From Hormiphora californensis (Eukaryota; Animalia; Ctenophora): a DNA stretch of 64,000 nt. The notes below the pieces were generated by a model. The model worked only from the letters and a program-made list of their open reading frames with translations, was not told where the DNA came from and did no database searches. This document shows, piece by piece, positions 53,500-64,000 of the stretch. Numbering within the stretch: the first letter of the stretch is position 1; every line of letters starts with the position of its first letter. The position numbers were made by a program, and so were the translations under genes. The stretch spans positions 5,332,001 through 5,396,000 of the forward strand of contig CM035359.1 in the NCBI GenBank assembly GCA_020137815.1. Reading direction: 5' to 3'.

Positions 53500-55414
53500 A
53501 AGTAATCTATATAATCCCATAATGTTAGTCAGTCTGTCCGTTAATGGTTTTCAAACTCCTCCCACAGTTTTTGAGCTAGACCCTAAAAATTTGTACACGG
53601 GTACCTTGGACCAAGCGATGTAAGTACGGCTCAGATGTTTTGATCCGATCTTTACAGCAGTGACGTCACGGGTGACTCATTGGCACAAAAAACTTACATT
53701 TTTCAAACGCTTCTAAACCCTGAAAACGGCTCTAAATCAAAAAACTAACGCAATAGTAGGGAAAGAGAATCGTTTGAACTTCATTTTACAGATAGCGATT
53801 TCCCGTAACTCAATGTTTAAGGTCGTAAATCGCGTCGGAAAGTTAAAAATGCCAAAAATACGATATTTTTCACCGTAGCCCCCAAAATCTTATCCAATCG
53901 ATATGAACTTGGTCGTTATGTGAACTTTATGTCCTTTGGCCAGGGGTTCCCAAAAACGATTGGCAATGAGACTGACCGGAGTTCTTATATTCAATTCACG
54001 AATTTGGAATTTTTCGTCGACTTTTTTTGGCGACATAAAACGCGAGGAAATTTTCAATGAATTTAAAATTTTACACTGCGCGCGTAATTCTAGGTCTGCG
54101 CGCGGCGTAAAAAAGCAGCGCTTTTTTGGGAAATTCGCGCGTTACAGTAATGATTTACCCGCCTCGCCAAAATTGTAATGGCCGTTTTTTCAAAAACCCA
54201 AGGTGTAAAGTCGGATTTTTTGAAACTGTCACCCCCCTGGGTATTTTCGAATTTCGTAAATGACCATAAATCCGGTTCCTGACGAGATAGAGACTTGAAA
54301 TTTGGAGGTTCGAAGATCTTGCTAAGTTCTTCCGAACCTCCAAATTTCAGTCTCTATCTTATCAGGAACCGGAGATATGTCAAATTTTGTTAATTCAGGG
54401 GGGTGACAGTTTCAAAAAATCCGACTTTATGATATATAGTCGAATTTTTTTATTTAAGCGACAGGCCGCCGCGCACTCAATTGTTAATGGTCATATCTCC
54501 GGTTCCTGATAAAGATAAAGACTTGATCCTGGTTGCGTTGGAAAGATAAAATTTTATCTTTCTAATGGCCCCAAAAAAGTCGCTAGCTCATCAGGAACCG
54601 GAAATCGATTTCAAGCGCTGCATTTTGATGCGCGGCGGCCTGTCGCTAAATAAAAATTGGACTTTAAGGTGTAAGCGAAACAACAACGAACTGGCTGCGC
54701 GTCGCGCATTCGTTGCCATAACGATCTAACCGGTGAGATTCATATGCGCACGTTGCACAACGCGCAGCCAGTTCGTTGTTGTTTCGCTTACACTTTAGTA
54801 AAGTACTCCCCAAACTGCTATGTCCCCTCACTCGGGTTTTGTGAAATTTCCCACGGTCATAATCCACTCCCTGATGAGAAAGACTTGAAATGTTTTGTGG
54901 AAGACTCGACATGATCTCTTCACAAAACAAATTTCAAGTCTCTATCTCATCAGGGGGTGGACTATGGCCGTCTAAAATCCGGTCGCGCGCAGCAGGACAT
55001 AATAGTTTGGGAGGACCTTAGAGCGGTTAGATCACCACGTGGTTAAAGTCCATGCCACCCCTTTTTGCGCATTGTCATAAAGTCGAATTTTTATGAGTGT
55101 CGTTTTTTAAAGCCGCGCAATTTTGATTTGCGCGTCGGAATTATTTCAACTTCGCGCGAAGAACCCTTCTCGTCAGCCTTCGTCGCGCGCAGTTGTCGCG
55201 CGGCCGCGTCCACAAGAAGTGGCGGGAATGGCATAGACCACATCAGGTGATGACCAAATATGGTATAATGAAGTCACGTTACTGTCATGTGTTAGGAGTT
55301 GTGCGATCCACGTTCTAGTGCAGACCCTTGTACACACATGAGCTGCAGTTGTGTTATTGTACACAATCAGCGATCAATAATCCATTTTGCGTAACGTGAT
55401 GTGTGTGAGAGAGA

Positions 55415-55469
<55 letters not shown>

Positions 55470-56000
55470 TAGATAGAGAGAGACTTACAGAGAAGAGAGA
55501 TAGAAGAGAAGACTGTAGAGAGAGAAGAGAGAGAGAGAGAGAGGAGATGGGGAGAGAGAGAGGAGGGAGAGAGAGAGAGAGATGAAGAAAGACAGGAATA
55601 GATAGAGTGAGATATCGATGGTTTCGATGATTCAACGACAATTTTTCTTTGTATGTGTTTATGATTTAGGTTGTTCACAATAACAATAACAAATCGATTT
55701 ATACACACGCTCAGACCCTACGCATACAAGATTCCGGACAATAGAACACTACAAAAGCATCATATCTGATAGCGGTTATCCTCCGTGCTTCACTAGAAGA
55801 CAGAGTTAGATTACTGGTACACCAGTCTATAACTAGTGACTAGTCATAACGTTGCATCAAGATTCAATATTCATTAAAATCAGACGAAGAAAGTAATCCA
55901 ACTTTTTTGTTATGATTCCAACTTATCAAATGCCGATAACAACACATGTCATTATTGAGAAGCAAGATAGCTACAAGCTGGATGTCGAGCATGAATTGAC
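53500..56000 (+). repeat. Segmental duplication copy B (block Y ~53500-55784 + block X 55785-56000); includes Helitron-like copy 53506-55318
   Basis: Matches 48460-51049 with many 1-bp deletions. Confidence 0.95.
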
Positions 56001-56429
56001 TCTAAGATGCAATGGATGCCAAGATGGATTCAAAGTATCTACTGACTATACTCCTCAGGCCTCAGGGTATTATTATTATCATTAGGGTAAGATCATCTCT
56101 CTTCGGGTCACCAGTTCACTGTGAGCCAAATTGTTGAATTTAATCGTTCGCCTGTGTCCCCCGTAAAGCGAAAACAGTAGAAAACCAAGGTTTGAGATTT
56201 GAACGTTTCCCGTCACGCGATTTTGTGACCCAAATTTTTTTCAATAAAATTTTGGATCTAACCCGCGCGCGATACCCGGCCCGGCGCAACTTATTTAGCG
56301 CTGCAAAATTTGTAAAAATAAAGCCGCGTTACTGTTTTAATTTAATGCACTGCTTTTTAGACGCCGCGCACCATCATCCGTCCGCCGTCCGCCACGGTCC
56401 ACACAATTTTTTGGCCAGCGTTAAAGTCG

Positions 56430-56582
56430 GCCAGCGTTAAAATCTGGGTGTTTTGGGAGTGCTGACAAACGGTTTTTTAGGGTTAGGGCTAAAGTAGGGT
56501 TAGGGTTAGGGTTGGGGTTTGGGTTGGGTTTAGGCCTTGACATTCCCTACCAGATAAACTTTGAATCAACCAAAACGGTTGA
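56430..56582. repeat. TTAGGG-containing repeat unit (left half), family continuing at 63499-64000
   Basis: CGTTAAAATCTGGGTG..TTAGGGCTAAAGTAGGGTTAGGGTTAGGG..AAACTTTGAAT..CCAAAACGGTTGA matches 63851-63969. Confidence 0.8.
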
Positions 56583-56939
56583 AACTTGAAACTTGAAACT
56601 TGAAACTTGAAACTTGAAACTTGAAAAATAATTAAGGCTATCAACAAAACATGACCACCTCTCAAGAACACACATTTAAAACTGACTTTATTTTACAGTA
56701 CAAAAGTTCGATTATTAGTTTAATAAAATTAAATTAAAAACTTAAACGCAATTCATTTTAACAAAATCTACGTCCAACACTCTCGTCTCTTCTTTCTTCA
56801 GGTGGCCGGAGTTTCGCGGACGCACCCTCTTCAATGTAGCGTAGGCATTAATGTAACATTATAAAGATAATGAAACAAGCGAGCAAGCTCGTGCCCATTG
56901 ACCACACCACAGTGCCTAAGCACCAAGATTTAGTGTCAC

Positions 56940-59936
56940 TCACAATGCCCATACAGTTCTATCGAATTTCCATCGACCTCCCATGGTCCAATCCAACACT
57001 GAGTTGTTATTCGCCCGCACATACCCAGGTGTTGGTGGCTCGTCTGGAATTTGGGCCAGAAAAGCGCCTAGCTCGGACTTAAATTTCTCCATCTCAGTCT
57101 GATCTCGGACCGGTTTAGGCAGGCAGTTCCATAGCTTAGGACCTCTAGTGGAAAAGGAGCGATCGTACAATGACTGGATTTTAGCAGACTTGGAAACAGG
57201 CGGAGCGGGTACCCTAGCCTTGAATCCGCAACGACCGGTATCTTCAATTATGATCCCAATGTCATTTGGTACTAGACTCATCCTTAGCTTGAACATATAG
57301 ATCATGAAATAACGTTCGTGGCGTCGCTGAATGGACATGAGATGCAAGTCCTTGAGTCTCTCCCAGTAGTTCAGTTCTCCCATATTTGAAATACGGGAGG
57401 TAAATGTTCGTTGTACCGACTCAACCAGCTGTATCTGGCCAATAGCTACTGGCGCCCATAGTGGGCTGCAATAGTCGAGTATGGATCGTATGAGTGATTT
57501 GTACAGGGTAAGCATGACTGTTCTGTCACGACTTTTAAAGACGCTGAGTGTCCATCCACACGTCTGCCGAGCCCTGGATACAGTTCTTCCTATGTGCTCC
57601 GACCACGTCATTCCAGCATCTACAATAACACCGAGGTCTCTAACCCATGGAGATGCTTCCAGGGTATGCCCGCTGTTAGTTGTGTATGTAGATAGTTCAG
57701 CAAAGAACGGGAGCTGTTGCAGGAAGGAGTCTACCCTGATACGATGACTGATCAGTTCATATTTCTTCTCATTCAGAAGCATATTATTAGACTCGGCCCA
57801 CCGTGTTACAGCTGTTAGGTCTTCTTGTAAGAGAAGGCAGTCTGCTACTGTTGATATTCTCTTCCCCAGCCGCGTATCATCGGCAAACAGGCTGACAATG
57901 GAGTGTTTCACACAGTCTGGTAGGTCGTTCACAAAAATGAGAAATAGTAACGGCCCCAGGACAGTTCCTTGCGGGACTCCACTGATGATGATTCTGACAC
58001 CGGATTTTGTGCCAGCAACTACAACTGTCTGTGTCCGATCTGTCAGAAATGATTCGATCCACTTACAGACTCCCTCAGAGAATCCATACCGCCTCAGTTT
58101 CCTCATTAGCAGACGTAGATCCACCCGATCAAACGCCTTACTAAAATCCAAATAGATGGTATCCGCTTCAGCATTATCAAACAAGCATTGATACATCTGG
58201 TCATAGTGTGCAAGAAGCTGGCTGAGACATGACCGACCCCCTCGGAAGCCGTGCTGTTGGTTGGTGAACATATCGTTACTTTCTAGGAATTCCACCATAT
58301 GGTCCCTCATTACTCTCTCATAGCATTTAACAACGTGGGAAGTCAGAGTAACTGGTCGGTAGTTACAAGCTCTGGCTTTGTCACCTTTTTTAAAAAGAGG
58401 GGTGACGTTTCCCTGCTTGTAGAACTTTGGGCAGATACCGGTAGTGAATGACTCGGCCCAGAGTAGAGTCAGCGGGGAAGAGAGTTCTTCAGCACATTCT
58501 TTCAGTAACATGGCCGGTACTCCATCAGGCCCAGGGCTCGAATCAGGTTTGAGCTCAGAGAGCGCCTTGAGCATAAGCTGAGGAGTAGGAGTAAGACAAG
58601 GTTCGGGAACTTTTATCTGAGGAGGGACGAAGGAAGGATCCACTACATCAGGGTTTAACGGATTGCTAAAGTTTAGACAGAACTGATCCTGCAGTATATC
58701 AGCAATACTCTGGTCACTGGAAGTCAGTTCGTCATCAAACCCGTACATAAGAGGAATCCGGGAGCGTGACTTCGAGAATGACTTAGCATACGAGTAAAAG
58801 TAATTCGGCTGGACCTTGATTCTCTGCACAGCTGCGTCTTCCTTTCGCTGACGGTCCTCCACCATTATCAGTTCTATTTGAGACATCACGGCTTCAATCT
58901 CTTTCCCCACTTCAACAGCTTTATCCACTTCACCCTTCTCTATTAGTGCATTTTGCCTGGCAAGTAGCTTAGGCTTTCGTCTACGGAGTCCATTGTACGC
59001 TCTGGGCCTCTTGGTTGTAGTCTTTTTGAGAGGAACATGTATTTTGCAGATTTCCAGAAGCTTAGCTGTAAAGATTTCAGGGAACTCCTCAAAAGTAGTG
59101 CAGCTGTCACGAAGCTGCTGCCAGTTGAAGTCAGAGATTGCCTCTTTCAGGTTCACGAAGTCTGCCTTGCGGAAATTGAGGGAATGGAAACTATCTTCAC
59201 AGAAGTTTAGACGTTTCCGAGGGTGAGGGCTGCCAGGGTTGTAGCTGAGAACAGCCTGAACAATCTGGTGGTCGGAGATGCTGCTATCTGGTGGGAATAC
59301 CGATATGCTGCCAACAAGTTGTGTATCGTTGGTAAAGAATAAGTCAAGAATGTTCTCCCCCCTCGTGGGCTCAAGTACATGCTGAGTAAGAAAATTGTCC
59401 TCCGCAAATCTGAGTAACGGGTTTACCCCAACATCAACTGTATCTTTCCCACTGGCAGAGAGCTCGATCCAGTTAATACCCGGTGAGTTAAAGTCCCCGG
59501 ATAAGAAGAAGTCGCAGTTGTCTGGTAATGTGGATTGGTACTGGTTGACGAATGCTAAAACTGCACAAGTACTCTTTACTGAAGCGTTGGGAGGGCGGTA
59601 TACGACTGCAACAGCAGCATTGATGGTTTCAAATACACAGAAGGTAGCCTCACAAACTCCGTCGTCAAACAGATAGCTGGCTGAGATAGGGATAGAATCC
59701 GCTGAGTATAGAAGTACCCCACCGCCAACACGGCCAGATCTATCCGACCGGGTGACGTTGTAACCCGGTATTACGATCTGTTCATTACAATGGAATCCTT
59801 TAAGCCAAGTTTCCGTGACACACACAAATGATGCCGTGATACCAGACTTAGCCTGCTCATCGATGAAGAGTTCAAGTTTTTCCGATTTAGTCTTTGACTT
59901 ACTCCATGCACTGGGGTTCATCCCTTGAATGTTCAA
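56940..59936 (-). CDS. LINE ORF2p (AP endonuclease + reverse transcriptase); true start unresolved, frame open back to ~60087
   Basis: ETWL, YRPP, GDFN, SDH, PGPDG, YRPVTLTS, QHGFR, YLDFSKAFD, GVPQGTVLGP, FADD. Confidence 0.95.
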   Translation of the reverse strand: MNIQGMNPSAWSKSKTKSEKLELFIDEQAKSGITASFVCVTETWLKGFHCNEQIVIPGYNVTRSDRSGRVGGGVLLYSADSIPISASYLFDDGVCEATFCVFETINAAVAVVYRPPNASVKSTCAVLAFVNQYQSTLPDNCDFFLSGDFNSPGINWIELSASGKDTVDVGVNPLLRFAEDNFLTQHVLEPTRGENILDLFFTNDTQLVGSISVFPPDSSISDHQIVQAVLSYNPGSPHPRKRLNFCEDSFHSLNFRKADFVNLKEAISDFNWQQLRDSCTTFEEFPEIFTAKLLEICKIHVPLKKTTTKRPRAYNGLRRRKPKLLARQNALIEKGEVDKAVEVGKEIEAVMSQIELIMVEDRQRKEDAAVQRIKVQPNYFYSYAKSFSKSRSRIPLMYGFDDELTSSDQSIADILQDQFCLNFSNPLNPDVVDPSFVPPQIKVPEPCLTPTPQLMLKALSELKPDSSPGPDGVPAMLLKECAEELSSPLTLLWAESFTTGICPKFYKQGNVTPLFKKGDKARACNYRPVTLTSHVVKCYERVMRDHMVEFLESNDMFTNQQHGFRGGRSCLSQLLAHYDQMYQCLFDNAEADTIYLDFSKAFDRVDLRLLMRKLRRYGFSEGVCKWIESFLTDRTQTVVVAGTKSGVRIIISGVPQGTVLGPLLFLIFVNDLPDCVKHSIVSLFADDTRLGKRISTVADCLLLQEDLTAVTRWAESNNMLLNEKKYELISHRIRVDSFLQQLPFFAELSTYTTNSGHTLEASPWVRDLGVIVDAGMTWSEHIGRTVSRARQTCGWTLSVFKSRDRTVMLTLYKSLIRSILDYCSPLWAPVAIGQIQLVESVQRTFTSRISNMGELNYWERLKDLHLMSIQRRHERYFMIYMFKLRMSLVPNDIGIIIEDTGRCGFKARVPAPPVSKSAKIQSLYDRSFSTRGPKLWNCLPKPVRDQTEMEKFKSELGAFLAQIPDEPPTPGYVRANNNSVLDWTMGGRWKFDRTVWAL

Positions 59937-59938
59937 AC

Positions 59939-60844
59939 TTATGATGCTTGCTCTCGACTCTGTCTCCTGGCTTGTCTGACCATGAACATGGCATGTCGGT
60001 CTGCTTTGCAGAGGTCTCGGTTGATATACTGTCCCGACTCCGTCTTCTTTCCCCTCCCATTCATCGAGTAAAAATTCGCCGTTTTCTCATCCTTCATTTT
60101 GATTATCAGGGGGCGAGGACCTTGTTCAGCCGAAGGAGGATCTCCAGCTCGGAATGTAGAAACTATGTCAGATTTCTTTATACCGAGTTGCATGCACGCT
60201 TTGAGGTCATCTTTCCCTCTTTCTCTGGGATCTTCTGCGTTGCTCTCCGCCATATTCATAACGCAGAGGTTAGATTTCCGTCTTTCCCGCTCAAGTCGAT
60301 CACTCTCGTATCTGTCCAGGACTTTTGCAGTGGCATTTTCAACCAACTTCTCTGTTTCCACAGCCTGAGGACTGGAGTCGGTTTGCAACTGGACAGCTTC
60401 AGCAAATGTCTTAGTACAAACATCGACAACATCGGCCTTAATCTCGTTCATCGCCTTTTCAATCGCAGAACTGACCACTTCATCTGCCACCGCTCTGACT
60501 TCATCGCGGGCCCTTGGTGTGGAGTCGAGGAGCCAATGTAGGGGCAAGCAGCGTGGGCAGGTCCACTTGATCATTTTAAGCGCTTCTTTGTTCAAGCCCG
60601 CAATACCAACACAGTCCAAATGAAACCATCCGTTACACGCAGAGCAACCGATTGCAGTAACTCCAGGGAGGTAGCGCCGGCAGGGACAGAAGTAGAATTC
60701 CCCTTTGGATCCGGGCCATTTCTTCTCAATTTCCTCCAGTTCGTTGTATGTCTTGTATTTATCGACATCAAGATTGTCATTACATTTCATATTTGGCATG
60801 GTTGACATAGGGCTAGACCCTAGATAGGAAGATTTGAAACGCAC
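59939..60844 (-). CDS. LINE ORF1p with PHD finger
   Basis: CPC..CSAC..WFHLDC..WTCPRC. The annotated start is GTG; the first ATG is 12 codons in. Confidence 0.9.
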   Translation of the reverse strand: MRFKSSYLGSSPMSTMPNMKCNDNLDVDKYKTYNELEEIEKKWPGSKGEFYFCPCRRYLPGVTAIGCSACNGWFHLDCVGIAGLNKEALKMIKWTCPRCLPLHWLLDSTPRARDEVRAVADEVVSSAIEKAMNEIKADVVDVCTKTFAEAVQLQTDSSPQAVETEKLVENATAKVLDRYESDRLERERRKSNLCVMNMAESNAEDPRERGKDDLKACMQLGIKKSDIVSTFRAGDPPSAEQGPRPLIIKMKDEKTANFYSMNGRGKKTESGQYINRDLCKADRHAMFMVRQARRQSREQAS

Positions 60845-60988
60845 GGGCGCGCGCTCAAATTAATTTGTTTAAAGTAGTGTTGAAAAGTGGTTTGTCGGTA
60901 AGAGCCTGATTGAAACGGCGTCCTAGCACTAACAATGCATAGGCCCAAAAGCGGGATATAAATTATAATTGTATTTGTATTTGTATTT

Positions 60989-62123
60989 GGTGCTCCTGTT
61001 ATTAGACTTGAGTGCGGCTTTCGATACGGTGAACCACTCGACACTCCTCAAACGATTGGAGCAGCTATATGGTGTCAGTGATACCTCTCTTGACTGGTTC
61101 CGGAGTTACCTTACGGGTAGGGGTGCTTCTGTGATGGTGGGTGAGTTGAAATCGGCTTTTACTGAGTTGACTATTGGAGTGCCTCAGGGATCGATTCTGG
61201 GTCCTATTCTGTTCATATGCTACACGAAGGAGCTGGAACTAATTGCTGAGAAACACGGAGTAGGTATTCATTTTTACGCAGATGATACCCAGGTGTACGC
61301 TGCATATTCAGCGGATGACTTCTCTGATATTGAACAGAAGTTACAGGCCTGCGTTTCGGATATACAGGCCTGGCTCACGACTAATTTTCTCCAACTGAAC
61401 CCTACAAAGACTGAAGTTATGATCCTATCTCCCAGAGGAAGTACCTCTGTAGACTCAGTACAGCTGTTCAAAGAGGGCACACCCACTGTGGTCACGAACT
61501 CGGCAAGGAATCTGGGGGTGTACTTTGACTCTAAACTCTCCATGGATGAACATGTGTTGAAGGTGGTCAATGCATGTAAGTCCACTCTGGTTAATTTATG
61601 GAGAATCGCCGGGAAGTTGTCGCGAAGACTAAGAACATTACTAGTCTGCAGCTTGATCCACTCCAAAATGGATTACTGTAACTCCCTGATGACCGGAATG
61701 ACAAAGAAGAACGTACAAGAGCTTCAAAAGATCCAAAATGCCGCATCACGTTTCATCTATGGCCAGAGGCGTTGGCGAGGTACGACCCAGCTACGGAAGG
61801 AGCTTCATTTCCTCCCGGTCTCTGAGCGAATTGAGTATAAAACCTGTGTTCTGGTATTCAAATGCTTAAACGGACTTGCACCCGACTATCTTAGTGGTCG
61901 CTTGCTTAAGAGGAAAACAAAATCAATAGGACTGCGTGCAGATGGAGATAAACTTTTGCTTGAAATCCCCCATCCAAATTACAAGACAACTGATCGTGCA
62001 TTCAGCGTATCGGGACCTCGACTATGGAACAAACTGCCAAGAGAATTGCGTGAATCAGAGACTCTAAAACGTTTTGAAGTGGATCTAAAGACGTTTTTGT
62101 TCTGTAGGGCTTTTGGTGTGTAA
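60989..62123 (+). pseudogene. Truncated reverse transcriptase C-terminal half (L2-type)
   Basis: LDLSAAFDTVNH, GVPQGSILGP, YADDTQ, LNPTKTE, RNLGV, DYCNSL, RAFSVSGPRLWNKLP. Confidence 0.92.
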
Positions 62124-63498
62124 GGAGCTGAAATGTCCATTGTGACAATAGGAATCCGTTGAATTTCTAGAGTTAGTAGAGGAGGTTGTTTGTGTGTCTG
62201 GTGGTCAGTTGAATACTTATTATTTTGTGTGTTCTAGGAAGTGGAGATTTGGGAGTTGATTGGTTTCTTTTATGTGACGGATCCCCAGAACTCGGTAAAA
62301 AAAGAGCCTGGGTTAAAAAATCAAAAAAGCAAAGAAAAAAAGAATAAAAAATCAACAAAAAAAATCAAAAAAAAATCAAAAAAAAATCAAAAAATCAAAA
62401 AATCAAAAAATCAAAAAGAGGCAATAATAAAAAGTGTGTGTGTGTATGTTTGTGTGTACGTGTGTGTGTATGTTTGTATGTATGTGTGTGTTTGTTCTCT
62501 TTCTCGAGCGGTTAAGGGAACAGGATCTTCACTTCATCTGGACCTTATTTGGCATGGTTCCCAAGAAGTTTCACTCTATCACGGCCATGGGCCAAACTGG
62601 TAAACGGACTTTCACCCAGGTTGTATATTTTTGTATCATTGCTCGGCTTTTTACCTAGGTTTGGGTATAGTCCAATTTTCTACTCGAGTGGCGGGGTGCC
62701 GGGCACTTAATTCTTTTCTCTGGTCTTGTCTTGGTGGTATGGGGCTTGATCCTGGTATCACTGGATAGGTCTCTGCCTTGTCGAGCGTCACTGGTTCAGC
62801 CAGTTTCACATCTGTTTAGCGAGTTGGTGTGTGGCGACCTGTCGCTTGAGTGGGAAATTGGACTTTAGTTTGTATTTTGCTATCTTTGGATCCCTTGATC
62901 CAAGAGTGTTTTATATCTTTCTGAACTGCATTTGCAGTTGTGGTTGCTCTTTCAATTTTCGTTTCATGTAGAAATCTATCAACTCTCTATTCACAGGATA
63001 TCACATCACAATGTTGCCAAAAGGGATTTGAAGTCTTATCGTTCACTATCATACTCTGCAAGACACGAGTAAACCATTTTTCAAGACCAAGCTCAACATT
63101 ACCTGATTAAGACCTCATCTTTTCCATGACGTGCACACCTTATTGAGACTGGTGTAGTAATTTTTTACGTTGAGATCTATGGTCTCTGTTGCGCTATATT
63201 TTTCTAGACTTTTGTATGATTCTATCTTGTGGATATTCAGTGTTCAGTTTATGCTGTTTTGATTAACTTATTAACTATTTATTAATTATATGTGACCGTT
63301 TATGCTGTTTTTTAATTAACTTATTAACTATGTATTTAATTATATGACAACGAGGACTTTCGGAAGGACATTGATACGAAGATGCGCTTTAGAAAGCGAG
63401 TTTTGATCGAAAGGACGCTTTAGTATAAGTCGATCGAGATAAACACTTTTCGCTCAAAAGCGATTTATAAATGTTAAATGTTATTGTTATTGTTATTT
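60989..63498 (+). mobile_element. 5'-truncated L2-group LINE with long 3' UTR and (TTATTG)n tail
   Basis: RT begins abruptly at VLLLLDLSAAFDTV; ~1.35-kb 3' UTR; tail at 63471-63498. Confidence 0.88.
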
Positions 63499-64000
63499 TA
63501 GTAAATCAACTTTTTTGGCAGCGTGCACCTGTAAACAGGCCTCCAAACGGAAAACGTTAAAATCTGGGTGCCTTTTATTGCTAACAATTCGTAGTTTTAG
63601 CGCGCGAGACGGGTTAGGGCTATCCGTTAGGGTCTGGTTAGGGTTTGGTTTGGGGTTATCGGTTAGGGCTATCGATTCTCTATCAGTTACCGTTTAGTTT
63701 ACTCAAATTGGCCATGTGGTTGCGTGGCTATAGCCGTTTGAAAAAAGTCGGTCTAAGTGTACTCTTTTGGTAGCGTGCACCTATAAACAGACTGCAAGGC
63801 ACCCATATTATAATCGCGCCCCCTCCAAACACCCAGATCGTAACGGCGCCCGTTAAAGTCTGTGTGTTTGGTGAGTGCTGCCAAAGGGGTTTTTAGATTT
63901 AGGGCTAAAGTAGGATTAGGGTTAGGGACTATGGTTGTGGTTAAACTTTGAATTAGCCAAAACGGTTGAGTGGTTTGGCGGTTAGAGCCATTTTAGTGAA
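63499..64000. repeat. Diverged tandem repeat (~280-300-bp units) with TTAGGG-like tracts
   Basis: TTTTGG(C/T)AGCGTGCACCT(G/A)TAAACAG at 63513 and 63765; CGTTAAA(A/G)TCTG at 63555 and 63851. Confidence 0.7.

Larger units (their letters stand above)
56579..60900 (-). mobile_element. Apparently intact CR1-type LINE with (TTTCAAG)n tail
   Basis: ORF1 plus uninterrupted ORF2; ~310-bp 3' UTR; 7-mer tandem tail at 56579-56626. Confidence 0.93.

Noticed and set aside
60969-60988. Start of the 384-aa ORF (MYLYLYL)
   Set aside because: TTG within a (TTTGTA)n repeat fused to a truncated RT; not a genuine start.

Overview
Repeat-dense, intron-rich eukaryotic DNA, probably from a marine invertebrate. 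A ctenophore is suggested by my recollection of the 109-bp repeat at 44234, which is inference only. Two minus-strand genes were reconstructed by hand. One is a 15-exon PPEF/rdgC Ser/Thr phosphatase (47401->30515, about 696 aa; MGC N-terminus, IQ motif, PPP domain, EF-hands). The other is the last 18 exons of a coiled-coil protein that may be FAM186-like (26012->12776; its 5' part is lost in low-quality sequence). The window holds three LINEs: an L2-type element in a PPEF intron, an intact CR1-type element with a PHD ORF1, and a 5'-truncated L2. It also holds head-to-tail trains of Helitron-like units, many foldback/MITE elements with readable TSDs, and micro/minisatellites. Most notable observations: (1) both ORF1+ORF2 LINEs lack an AUG ahead of the endonuclease catalytic motif and carry an in-frame slippery heptamer in a -1 overlap, suggesting programmed frameshifting; (2) a 2.5-kb duplication is circularly permuted (X-Y vs Y-X) with a breakpoint next to a Helitron-like 5' end; (3) two LINEs joined head-to-head interrupt one repeat unit with both tails facing out; (4) intronic minisatellites are built from splice signals.
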